35,940 nucleotides of DNA, taken from NCBI GenBank assembly GCA_943704415.1, contig CALSCO010000117.1, positions 1 to 35,940 on the forward strand, in the 5' to 3' direction. Both the position numbers and the translations under genes were made by a program. Within the stretch, counting starts at the first letter, position 1. Each line of letters opens with the position of its first letter. Shown here in pieces: positions 12,691-23,721 of the stretch. The stretch comes from Parvularia atlantis. Taxonomy: Eukaryota. A model generated the notes under the pieces. It saw only the letters and a list, made by a program, of their open reading frames with translations. It searched no databases and was not told where the DNA came from.

Positions 12691-15600
12691 ATGCTCGCGG
12701 CCGGTCAAGCCGGCGCGGCGCTGCCACTGCCGGCCCTGCCCGGCGCGCCCATCACGGCACAGACCCTGCCACTGCCGCCCATCTCGGCCCTCGTGCCTGC
12801 CGGCCGCGGCGATGACCTGCGCAAGCGCATACAATGGGACCGCCGCGCCCTCGCCCACGCGCACTTGCCGATGCCTCGCCAGCCCGCCGCCGACCGCGCG
12901 CCGTGGCACATCGCCGCGCTGCAGCCCTCACGCCCTGTGACCACGATCGAGGCCGTCCGCGACCCGCGCACGCGCGCCGTGCTCGCCCATCGCGAGGTGT
13001 GCGCACTCTGCACTGATCGTCTCTTGTGCAGTTCGCTGATCGAGCGCGTGCACAGGTCGCGCTCGATGCGGGCACGGTGGACCCGCGCCAGTCATCTTCG
13101 ATGCTGCGTGAACCTGCCCCGCACGACGATTTTGTGCGCGGCCGCACCACCTTCAAGCCATTCGAGCCCGGTGCAGCCGCGTCTCAAGCGCACCGCTTTG
13201 TGCAGTCACTCACACACGTAAGCCCAGGCGGGCTGGCAACGGACAACCCTGTGCGCAACACCGTCGCTAGCGGCCCTGCAGTCAATGACGATGACGACCC
13301 CGCGACAGCGCTGCGGCGCGATCTCTTTGGTGAGCGCACCAGGCTACTCATGGGTCAGCTCACACGTCTGCACCCGCAGGAGGCGCTCTCGAAAGCATCC
13401 CGCCCGGCTTTGCGCGCGGGCTCAGCTGTGCGTCGCACAGGACATAGACCTAGCGCGGCAACTGATCGCGCGACACAGACCGTGACGTCGTTGCGCTCGG
13501 CGCGACCGCAACCGACGCCGCGCCACGGCTCCGCTCTGTTGCCCTCTCATTCGACATCAACATTGACAGCCTCGACCGACCCGCGCCCGCCGCAGCTGCC
13601 CCTGGGTCAACGCCCATGCAAAGTAACGACGAGTCGGCACTGAAGCAGCCGGAGGACGATATGCTGGACCGCGTCAAGGTCCCCTTGCATGCTCGCCGCT
13701 CTGACGCACTCACGTGGCATGTTGGACGCAGGTGCCTCCGATGCCAGCTGCAAGAGCGTCACCGCAGGCAGCTCAGCAAGACTCCTCAGGCCGGCGACGC
13801 TTTGCGCAGGTGGTGGACGTGCGCCAGCCCTTCGCAGACTTTCACGAGCGTGTGCCACACATGGCGCACAAGGTGCGATGCAAGCTAGGCTGCCCACGCG
13901 CTGCTCCCCGCTGTTTGCTGAGTCGCGCGCACGCAGTACCCGTTCGAGCTCGACACGTTCCAGAAGCACGCCGTATTCAACCTCGAGCAGGGCAACAGCG
14001 TCTTCGTGGCCGCACACACCTCCGCCGGCAAGACCGTCGTCGCCGAGTACGCCATCGCCCTCGCACAGCGCCACCTCACGCGGTGCGCATGCGCGCGTTA
14101 AGGATAATGACTCGTGTGACACGCGGCAAACGCACAGCACGATCTACACCTCGCCCATCAAAGCACTCTCAAACCAAAAGTTCCGCGACTTTCGCAACAC
14201 CTTTGGCGAGGTCGGCCTGCTCACGGGCGACGTCCAAATCAACGCGGAGGCGTCGTGCCTGATCATGACGACCGAGATCCTGCGCTCGATGCTGTACCGC
14301 GGCGCCGACATCATCCGCGACGTCGAGTGGGTGATCTTCGACGAGGTGCACTACATCAACGATATCGAGGTGCGTGCGCGCACAACACACAGTTGCCGCG
14401 ATGGCTGATGCGCCGGCACTTGCTTGGTATGCGCCAGCGCGGCGTCGTTTGGGAAGAGGTCATCATCATGCTGCCCGCGCACGTCGGCATCGTCCTCCTG
14501 TCGGCCACGGTGCCCAACACGATTGAGTTTGCCGACTGGATCGGGTACGGCGACCTCAGTGTTGGCAATCATGCGCTTGCTCACTCGCATCCCCTGCAGT
14601 CGCACAAAGCAGCGCCCGATCTACGTCATCTCGACGCTCTACCGGCCCGTGCCGCTTGAGTACAGCCTGCTCGTCAACAAAGAGCTGTTCAAAGTCGTCA
14701 GCGCCCAACGCGAGTTCCTCAACGAAGGGTGCGCAGACACACGCCGCAAAGTGAAGCTCACAACGCGTCTAGCTACACACGTGCCGTCGAGGCCATGCGC
14801 GGCCCGTCACGCGGCGCCAACGCGGGCGCTAACGCACGCGGTGGACGTGGTGGAGCGGCCCAGCCGACGCCATCTGCGCGAGGACCACAAGGAGGTAACG
14901 AGCAGCAGGCGCGCAGAACGGCTACTAGGCCTAGAGTGTCCAGTCTGCGCAACTGACGCAAACAGACGCAGTGGGTCTCGGCCGTCGACTTCTTGCGCAA
15001 GAACGCGATGGTGCCGACCGTCGTCTTCACCTTCTCCAAGCGCCGTTGCGAGGAAAACGCAGCTGCGTTGTCCAACACAGACCTGACGACCGCCTCCGAG
15101 AAGAGCCAGATCCACCTGTTCATGGAGGCATCGCTCAACCGCCTGAAAGGTGTGCGCCAGCGCTATACTTAATTTTATCGCGGCTAAACGTTGCAACTTA
15201 CACGCACAGGCAGCGACCGCGATCTGCCGCAAGTGCATCGCACCAAGGACCTTTTGCGCCGCGGTATCGCCGTGCATCACGGCGGTCTCCTGCCAATCAT
15301 CAAAGAGGCACGCGCAGCGAGCTGGCACAAAGCCGTGTGACACGCGCACGCATCAGATGGTCGAGATCCTGTTCAGCAAGGGCCTTGTCAAGGTCCTCTT
15401 CGCCACCGAGACCTTCGCGATGGGCGTGAACATGCCCGCACGTTCCGTCGTGTTCTCAGGCCTGCGCAAACCAGACGGCCAGAAAGGCTTCCGCGACCTT
15501 CTACCAGGTGCAGTGTGCGTCGATCTGCACGGTGGTCACACTGACGCACAGCCGCCAGGCGAGTTCACACAGATGGCTGGCCGCGCGGGTCGTCGTGGTC

Positions 15601-17820
15601 TTGATTCCGTCGGAACGGTCATCTACCCGTGCTTCGACGACGTGCCAGACGTGCGCGCTGTGAAGGATGGCGGTGCGTAGCGCTTTCTGATTGTGCTGTG
15701 CGCTCGCAGACGGCCACGCTGAACAAGATCATGCTGGGCGAGCCCACCAAGCTCGAGAGCAAGTTCCGCCTCACATACATCATGATCCTGAACCTTCTGC
15801 GCGTCGAGGAGTTGCGCGTACAGGACATGATGAAGCGCTCGTTCTCCGAGTTCCACAATCAAGCTGCTCTTTTCGACCACCAAGCCCGCATAGAGCAGGT
15901 GGCATGTTTGAGCACCAGGCACGCCCGCTTGCAATCTGATGCGCTCGCACTCGCAGTCGCGCGCGACGCTGCGCGCACTACCAGAACTCGACTGCAGCCT
16001 ATGCCAGCATGACCTGGCAGCGTACTACAAGCGCTACGTCCAGCTGGTGCCCTCCCTTGTTGCTCCCGCGACACGGAGATTTAGTAAACACGGCGTGCGC
16101 AGATCAACATGAACGCGCAAGTGATGCAAGCCCTTCTGACGTCTGCTGCAGCGGCCAAAGCACTCGGCCCGGGTCGAGTTGTCGTGGTCAACACCAAGGT
16201 TCGTCCGCATTTGCTTCTGGCGTGCCACGTATGTGACACCGCAGCGACGTCAGACGCTGCGGAACGCACCCGCAGTTGTGCTCAAGACCGACACAAGAGG
16301 CCAGACGCGACTCTTCACGTGCTTCATCTTGGCCCCACAGCTTGAATGCGGGAGCGCAGAAGGTGTGTTCTCACATTCGGCATACTGCGACTCACGTGGA
16401 CTGGCAACAGCCGGCGACACAGCACCGCTCCCACTGCGCTTCCTGAGCGTACCCAGGGGCCAACCGTCGTACCGCATCGATGACGTGACGCAGGAGGGCA
16501 TTGTCGTCATCGGCAAAACGCGTTACAAGGTGCCCTCTCACGCCTGGGCGTCTTGTGACTACCACTTACTGCAGCGACTCAGATGGATGCAGCGCTTTTC
16601 ATCCCCAAGACGGACGCGAAGGAGGCGTCGGCCCTGGCGCACAAGCTCGTTCAACTAGCGCATGAAAATCCTTCAGGTTCACGCCGTCACTGCGGCTACG
16701 CGTCCGGGTCGTCTAACATTGCCCGCACCGCAGTCGGTATTGAACCGCTCCACCTGGTCAAAGAGCTTAAGATCAACGACGTCGACTTTGTGGAGCTGTT
16801 CCAGCGTCAGCAGGCGCTTGCTTACAAACTGTCGCAGCCCGACGCGTTCCAGTGCCTTCGATGCCCCGACTTCAAGCAGCACGTGCGTGCCAGACTGGTC
16901 CCGCCGGCACAGGTGCTGACTGTTTGCTGGCAGTACGAGCGCATTCAGGCCTGGCACATGCTCAAGACGGAGCTCGAAGAACTCGAGTACAGAGTGTACG
17001 CCGACGCAGGATTACGTTTGCGCTCAACTGCATGCGACCGACAGCTCCGATCGCAATCTGCAGCTGCTGCCCGACTACGAAGTGCGTCTGAACGTGCTAA
17101 AAGCGCTGTCGTACGTGGACGAGCGCGGCATGGTTCAGCTTAAAGGCCGCGTGGCCTGCGAGGTAACGTAGATGGCGCAGGTATGTGCCGCTGCTTTAAC
17201 ACGCTAACCATCTGTCTCACGCAGATCAGCAATGGGTATGAGCTTTTGATTTCCGAGCTGATCCTCGAGAACGTCTTTGTTGAGCTTGAGCCGGAGGAGC
17301 TGGTCGCGCTGTTGTCGTGCTTCGTGTTCGAGGAGCGGTCCGACAACGCACCACAGCTGACCGACAGCTTGGAGAAGGTGCGACCGATCGCAGATCGTGT
17401 CTCGTCTCAGCTGCGCGCACTCACGCAGGGCAAAGCAACCATCGAGGCGATTGCCGACAAGCTCATGCAGACGCAGAACCGCCTCGGCCTGTCTGCGCAC
17501 GATGCCGATCTCGACCCGCTAACGTCACTTCGGTTCGGTCTAGTCGAAGTCGTCTATGAATGGGCGCGCGGCAAGGTGCGCCGTCGTGCCTTGTTATGCG
17601 CACTCATTCGTTGCGGCAGTCCTTCAAGCAGATCATGGACCTCACGGACATCCTCGAGGGCTCCATTGTGCGCTGCATCGTCCGTCTGCACGAGACCTGC
17701 CGCAACGTGCGCAATGCAGCTAAGGTCATCGGCAACACATCGCTCGCGGCCAAGATTGACACGGCGTCTGCACTGATCAAGCGAGACATCGTGTTTGCAG
17801 CGAGCTTGTACTACGGCTAA
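12691..17820 (+). CDS. SKI2: Ski2 / SKIV2L DExH RNA helicase (cytoplasmic exosome cofactor); ~25 introns
   Basis: Ski2 N-terminal motif [27 protein letters not shown], which favours Ski2 over Mtr4. Also [86 protein letters not shown] and terminal [12 protein letters not shown]. Confidence 0.96.
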
Positions 17821-18089
17821 AGATGAGCTGTGGTTGCACTGGTCTTTCAGAACGATCTTCGTACCGCCCAGTTTCGCCCTGATACCAAAACGTCAAGCGC
17901 TGCGCCGAAGACAACATGGCCGGAGTCTTTTTTTCATCACAACGCCGCCGCGCATCGAGTGCCATCTCATGCTGGCAGCGGCCTTGAGCCATCGGCAACC
18001 TGCTCTCTGAAGTTCAGACTTTCTGCATGCATGACTTTCCGTTGGCATTCAGCACTCCACATTGCAAGGCATGGAAACGCGGGCGATCC

Positions 18090-21000
18090 TCAGACCCGGA
18101 AGTTGTCCCGAGGAAAGTTGATGGGCTCCAGCTTGACGGCCCGGCGCTGCGCGCGAATGAAGAAGGCCAGCGCACTCACACCAGAAATGATCAGCGACGC
18201 GAGGACAACGCCTGTGATAATCCGCACAACGTCCGAAGCGGGATCCTGCTGCTGCTGCGGGGGAGCGACGACGCTTGGAGCCGCAGTCGGCGTGGCTAAG
18301 TGAGAACAGCGGATCAGTGGCACACATCGCTCAGGGCAGACGACGGCATACCAGTAACAGATGTTGTCCACCCTGCACCACCCGTGGCGTCACTGCCTGT
18401 TGCACGCGTGACCACGGCACTGGTCGAAGGGGGAGAAAGACCAGCGGCCGCGGTCTGCGTTGATCCGATGCCCACCGTCTGTGTTGATCCATTGCCGGCC
18501 GTGTTGGTGGATCCGCTACCCGCGGTCTGCGTCGACCCGCTGCCCGCAGTCTGCGTCGATCCGCTGCCCGCCGTGTTGGTGGCGCTGCTGCCGGCCGTGT
18601 TGGTGGACCCGCTGCCCTCCGTCTGCGTCGATCCGCTGCCCGCCGTGTTGGTGGATCCGCTGCCCGCGGTCTGCGTCGACCCGCTGCCCGCGGTCTGCGT
18701 CGATCCACTGCCCGCCGTGTTGGTGGCGCCGCTGCCGGCCGTGTTGGTGGCGCCGCTGCCGGCCGTGTTGGTGGACCCGCTGCCCTCCGTCTGCGGCGAT
18801 CCACTGCCCGCCGTGTTGGTGGATCCGCTACCCGCGGTCTGCGTCGACCCGCTGCCCGCGGTCTGCGTCGATCCACTGCCCGCCGTGTTGGTGGCGCCGC
18901 TGCCGGCCGTCTGCGTTGATCCGCCGATGATCGTCAGTGTTGATCCAGCGCCTTGCGTGTTCGCTGTCGGAGAGGTGAACGTGATCTCCGCTGTGCTAGT
19001 GCGTTGAGCTGTCACGAAGACGGTCTCGCTCAGGCGTGTGTCGCCTGTTGTTGTCATGACCATGTTCTCTGTTAACGTCGGCAGCAGGGTCGGCAGTGCT
19101 GCAGCTCACAGAGTCAGTACTTGTGCTGCAACTTATTTAATCAGGCTAACGCACGTGTGGCAGCGGCGAAGCGCGTTGTGACTGGTGCGGCTGTCGTAAA
19201 CGTGGCGGCCACGGTCCTTGTGCGGCGTCGGGCGATCGTCGCTGTCGGCGCGATGGTCGTTGTGCCTGTGTAGGCCTCGTTAGTTTGTAGACACAACGCA
19301 TGCACAGACGGACACACGCTTCGGTCGGAATGGCGGTTTCGGGCACGGGAAATGCGGCGGCCGCGGCCACGGCCAGTGTGGCGGATGCGGCGGCCAGTGC
19401 GGCGGGAACGGGAAGTGAGGACGGCAGTGGTGTCCGTCGTCCCAATCCCAGTCCCAATCCCAATCCCAATCCCAATCCCAGTCCCAGTCCCAGCCAGGAA
19501 AACCAGAGGCATCCAGCTTGTTGCAGTCGCGGTCGCAGTAGCAGTTGCGGTCGCAGCGCCAGTCATGATCGCAGTCGCAGTCGTCGTCGTCGTCGTCGTC
19601 GCAGTCGCGATCGCAGTAGCAGTCGCGGTCGCACCGGTTGTCGCGGTCGCAGTCGCAGTCGTCGTCGTCGTCGCAGTCGCGATCGCAGGGGCAGTCGCGG
19701 TCGCAGAACCACCCACGATCGCAGTCGCAGTCCCACTCGCAATCGCGGTCGCAGCGGCAGTCGCGGTCGCACAACCAGTCGCGGTCGCACTCGCAATCGC
19801 AGTCGCGATCGCAGAAGCAGAACGGGTTGCAGCGCCGGTCGCCGTCGCAAGGGCACGGCAGCCACGGGAACCACGGAAACCCAGGAGGGTGCGGCGGGCG
19901 CGGGCACGGGCAGTGCGGCTTGCGGATGCACGGCCAGTGCGGCGGGCGCGGGCATGGCCAGTGCGGCGGCTTGATGATGATGATGGTGACGCCCACGCCG
20001 CCATGGCACGGCCCGCCGATGATGATGATGAGCGCGCCCGCGACCACAGCGCGACCGGTCTGAGCGTCGGCCGGGGCGAGCTCGGCAAACACGTGCTGGA
20101 GCTCGCACGCGGTCGCGTCTGCGGTCGCGTCCGCGGTGCAGTTGAGCACGCTCACGCTTGCGTCCAGAGCCCGCCCTGTCGCCGCCAGGATGCAGTGTCC
20201 GTCGCAGGCCACCGTTGCGCCCAGCTGATCGCCTGCGCTGGTCCCGCTGCCTGCGGCGACAAAGTTGCACGCGACGGGTTTGGAGCGGCAAGCCATGCTG
20301 TAGACTTGCCCTGCACGGATGAGCGTCAGCGACCGCTGGCGCACGCGCTCTTCGGACGCACCGGCTGCACTGTTCTTGCCCGGGGCTCCCACCATGACAG
20401 CGTCGCCGTTGGTTGCGACAGTAGACCCAACGAGGTCGCCTGCGACGGCACCGACCGGGAACTGCTGCGCCGAGATGGCGGCGACGGTATCTTCTGGCGC
20501 GTCGAGCTGGACAACAAAGACCGCACCTGCGGGTGCCCCGTGCGCGTGCGCGCATGTCAGACGCGACGCGCGCGCCTGGGGGACGCACGCACCGCGCGAG
20601 TCTGCCTGACCAGGGGCGCCGACGACGTAGAAGTTGGCGGCGGGGTCGAGTGCGAGCGTGTGGCCAAAGTGCGCGCGCGGTGACAGCTCGACCGGTGCGG
20701 CGCGTTGCAGCAGCGAACACTCGGCCCACGTCGCGCACGTGAAGACAAACACGGCTCCTGCGTTTGCGCGTGACAGGACCACCGTCAGCAGCCCACGCGA
20801 GGATTTGACGAGCCGCACGCGCACCGCGCTCATCGGGGCCACACCAAGGTGCGCCTGATGCGTGCGCGCCGCCGCGGTTTGTCAGCAACGGCGGAGAGGC
20901 GCGCGCGGGCGTGGCCGCACGCACCGATGATGATCGACAGGAGGCACGTCAGCTCGCTCACGGCCACGCTCGCGCCAAACCGTGCACCGCGATCGCTCGC

Positions 21001-21832
21001 CTCGGGCGCGCGCAGGATCGCCACGGCGCCCTCGTCGCAGTTGGAGATGTTGGCGCGGCAGGGATAGACATACACGGCGCTGGCGCGGCGCGACGTGCGG
21101 TCAGGCCCCCATCGGTCCCGCGCGGGCGCGGCGCGCGTACCCATCGGGCGAGCCGCCGTCTGCGCTGTGCGGCCACGGCGTGTCGGGGGCACCGACGACG
21201 AGCACGTCGTCAAACTCGCTGATGGCCACGGCATAGCCAAAGGCGCGCGCGGCTATGCCGGGCGCGCGCGCGCGAAATCAGTGACCGATCTCAATGCGGG
21301 CAAACTGACGAGCCGCACCCGGCCGCGAGAGGATGCGCGTCTCCACACAGGCGGGGGCGGTGCGCATGGCGTAGGCCGGCGTTGCCGTGCACTGGTAGAC
21401 GAAGACCGCTCTGCGTTCGCGCGCAGATAGGGCGAAACAACTCAGCCGCAGCGGCTCCGAAGCGGCACGCCTGTGCAACGCGCACCCGACCGACCCGTTC
21501 AGCACCAGCGCCGGTGCGCCCACGGCGAGCGCCTCCTCGTCAAAGCTCAGATCGACGGCAAAGCTGCGTGCATCACGCGCCCGCTCAGCACTGGCACGTC
21601 TGCGGTGTGGTCAGCGCGGCGCGCACCCAAAGTCGTCGCCGGGCGTGCCGATAGAGGCCGAGAGCGTGAGCGAGTGTATCGCGTTCTCGTCGACGCCAGG
21701 GTCACGGGTGGGCGCCGCCTTGGCGTGTGCAGACGCGGCGAGCACGGCGAGCACGAGGGCGAGGCCGCCCAGCAGCAGCCGAGCCTTTCGCAGCGCCGGT
21801 CGTCCCGGTCCGGCCTGCCGCGCGCAGAGCAT
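18090..21832 (-). CDS. Type-I cell-surface mosaic protein: signal peptide, FG-GAP beta-propeller, Pro/His/Trp-rich linkers, 5 Cys/Asp modules, (WD)n, Thr-rich stalk with ice-nucleation-like octapeptides, TM helix, short tail
   Basis: Signal-like LLLGGLALVLAVLAASAHA. FG...GAP...GAV(F/Y)V repeats (HFGHTLALD...VVGAPG; VGSTVATNGDAVMVGAPG). Reading frame checked across introns at ~19268-19317, ~19099-19154 and ~18297-18352. TM IITGVVLASLIISGVSALAFFI, then RAQRR...NFRV*. The 3' end may be spliced further. Confidence 0.75.
18452..18955 (-). repeat. Coding 24-bp tandem repeat: 21 octapeptides, consensus AGSGST(Q/N)T, with a 144-bp/48-aa higher-order unit
   Basis: Read from ORF 18314..19063(-). Confidence 0.95.
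19523..19855 (-). repeat. Five coding 19-aa modules CxCDxxxxC(D/N)xxCxCDRDC separated by Asp-rich spacers
   Basis: Read from ORF 19280..20842(-). Confidence 0.92.
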
Positions 21833-22206
21833 GCGGGCTGCGTCGTCTGAGCCTGCGGGCGGGCCGGCGGCAGGGCAGAGGGCCGTGAGCACGCGCGCAC
21901 ACGGCAAACGGCCACGGGGTCACGGGTACAGCGGAAGCGGGCGCGGAAAAACCGCTGATTTCTGCGTCGGGCGCACTAGCGGCGCCGTCGGGCGAGCGGC
22001 GCGGCGGCCACGCGACCCGCGCAGGGAGCCCGCAGCATAGCGCGGTGCTCGCAGGGCGGCGGGCGGCGGGCGGCGGTTGGCAGCAGGGAGGAGGCGGAGC
22101 CTCAGGCAGGGGAAGGGGGATTTTGGCCCCTTAGTTAAGCAAATTTGTGTCTTGAGGGGCACGGCGCTAGCGCCGCATGCGCCGTCTGAAACGAAACGAC
22201 ATAACA

Positions 22207-23528
22207 CTAGTTGCCGCCAAAGGGCTTCACCGGCTTAAGCGGTCGGTAGAGCGGCGCTGGTGCACTGGCGATGTGCGTGCACACCGCCAGCGCCGTCACG
22301 GGCAGGGCCGGTTCAGCTGGCGCGGCCGGCTTGGGCGGCTCGGCGGCCATCACAAGGTCCTCGTCCGCCTCGGTGTTGTGCGCGAGCCGGCGCCGCTTGG
22401 GCTCGGCGGGCGACGGGATGGCCGTGCTCAGCGCCGCACGGCCGCGCCGCGTCAGCTCGTCTACCGTTACTTGAAGGTTGATGAGGCTGCGGGACAGCTC
22501 ACTGTTCTGCGCGCGCTCGTGTGAGGGCTCGCCTGGCGTGTGGGCAAACGCGCGCACCTTCTGCTTGCTCGCCTGCAGCTCCTTTTCCTTCTGGTCCACG
22601 TGCACGAGCAGCCGCGACGTCTCTTGTCGCACGGCGGCGATCTCCCTGTCGCGGGCGGCTCAGCCCGGGGCTGACACGTTCGCCCGGCATAAGTACACAC
22701 GTCGACAGCGTCTTGTTGCGCGAGGCCAGGTGCAGGATGATCTGGTCGGCCGACATGGACGCGCGCAGCTTGTCAAGCGCGCTGGCGGTGGTGGAGTCCT
22801 CCTTCACCCTGCGTGCGTGGGTGCGTACGTGCACGACAGTTAACGGCCGGCGGCACTGCGGTCGCTGCGGCGCACGTCTGGAGCACGGCGAGGCGGCCTT
22901 CGACGTCGCCGAGACGCGTGGTCGCAGTGACGAGCTCGCGCCGCATCGAGGCGATGATCTTGTCGCGGCCGGCGAGGTCGGCGGCGAAGCGGGTGTTGGC
23001 GACGGCGAGCTCCTGCTGCAGCTGCTGCGCACGCGCTGTGCCCTCGGCCTGGACGCGCGCCTTGTCGGCGTTGGCGTTCGCGAGCTGGTTGCGCAGGGCC
23101 TCGGCGGCAGCGGCGTGCTCGGCGGCGGTGTCGATCATGGTCTGCATCACCTTGAGCGTCTCGGCCATGCCGCCCATCGTCGCGGCGCAGTTGCGGCAGG
23201 CGTCGCCGGCTGGCACGGGTGCGAGTGCAGGTGCGGGTGCGGGTGCGGGTGCGGGTGCGACCGCGGGTGCAGCAGCGGGACGCGGCGGGACGACCAGTTG
23301 CAGTGCCGGGCGAGCAGGCGCGGGGCGCGGTGCCGCCACAAAGGGCGCGGGCACGGCCGAGGCCGGGGCTGGCCTTGGCGCTGCCGCCGCCGGCACCGGG
23401 AGGGCGCGACCTGCAGCAAGGGCCGCGGCGACGTCGAGGAAAGACAGGTCGTCGCCGGAGTTGTAGGCGGCGCGCGGGTAGTGGCCGTAACGGCGCTTGG
23501 GCTTCGCTTTGGCGGGAACACGCGGCAT
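22207..23528 (-). CDS. Hypothetical coiled-coil protein, multi-exon
   Basis: MPRVPAKAKPKRRYGHY, a Pro/Ala-rich linker, CRNC, then long heptad helices (AEALRNQLANANADKARVQAE; VDQKEKELQASKQK). C-terminal PKRRR is NLS-like. GT-AG introns link the frames. Family unknown. Confidence 0.55.
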
Positions 23529-23721
23529 GTTGAGTTGCCTGGCGGGGTTTGAACGTGGGTCGCAGGCGGGGTTGAACGCGGGCCGCAGTCGCTCCGCGCG
23601 CGGTTTGGACGCTGGGCGCAACCGTGACTCGCGCTGCGGCAGTTCAACGCGGCCGGGGGGTGGCGCGCAAACACGTCACCCAGTCACTTCACGTGATGCC
23701 GCAGCACTTTCCTCGGGCGTG

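Noticed and set aside
12691..17820. MTR4 assignment for the helicase
   Set aside because: The long N-terminus with the S..R.P....FVRG.....PF.PGG motif is characteristic of Ski2.
18300..19007. Plus-strand ORF of VDPLPAV(C/L) repeats
   Set aside because: Antisense shadow of the octapeptide array. The minus frame is the one that splices into a signal-peptide/TM gene.
19300..20683. Plus-strand RS/SQ-rich and VA-rich ORFs resembling SR proteins
   Set aside because: Antisense readings of the Cys/Asp modules; no RRM or independent gene structure.
22126..22212. Helitron 3' end or hammerhead ribozyme
   Set aside because: No Rep/helicase or supported 5' terminus, and the second CTAG overlaps the neighbouring gene's stop. 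CTGAAACGAAAC lacks the CUGANGA core and flanking stems.
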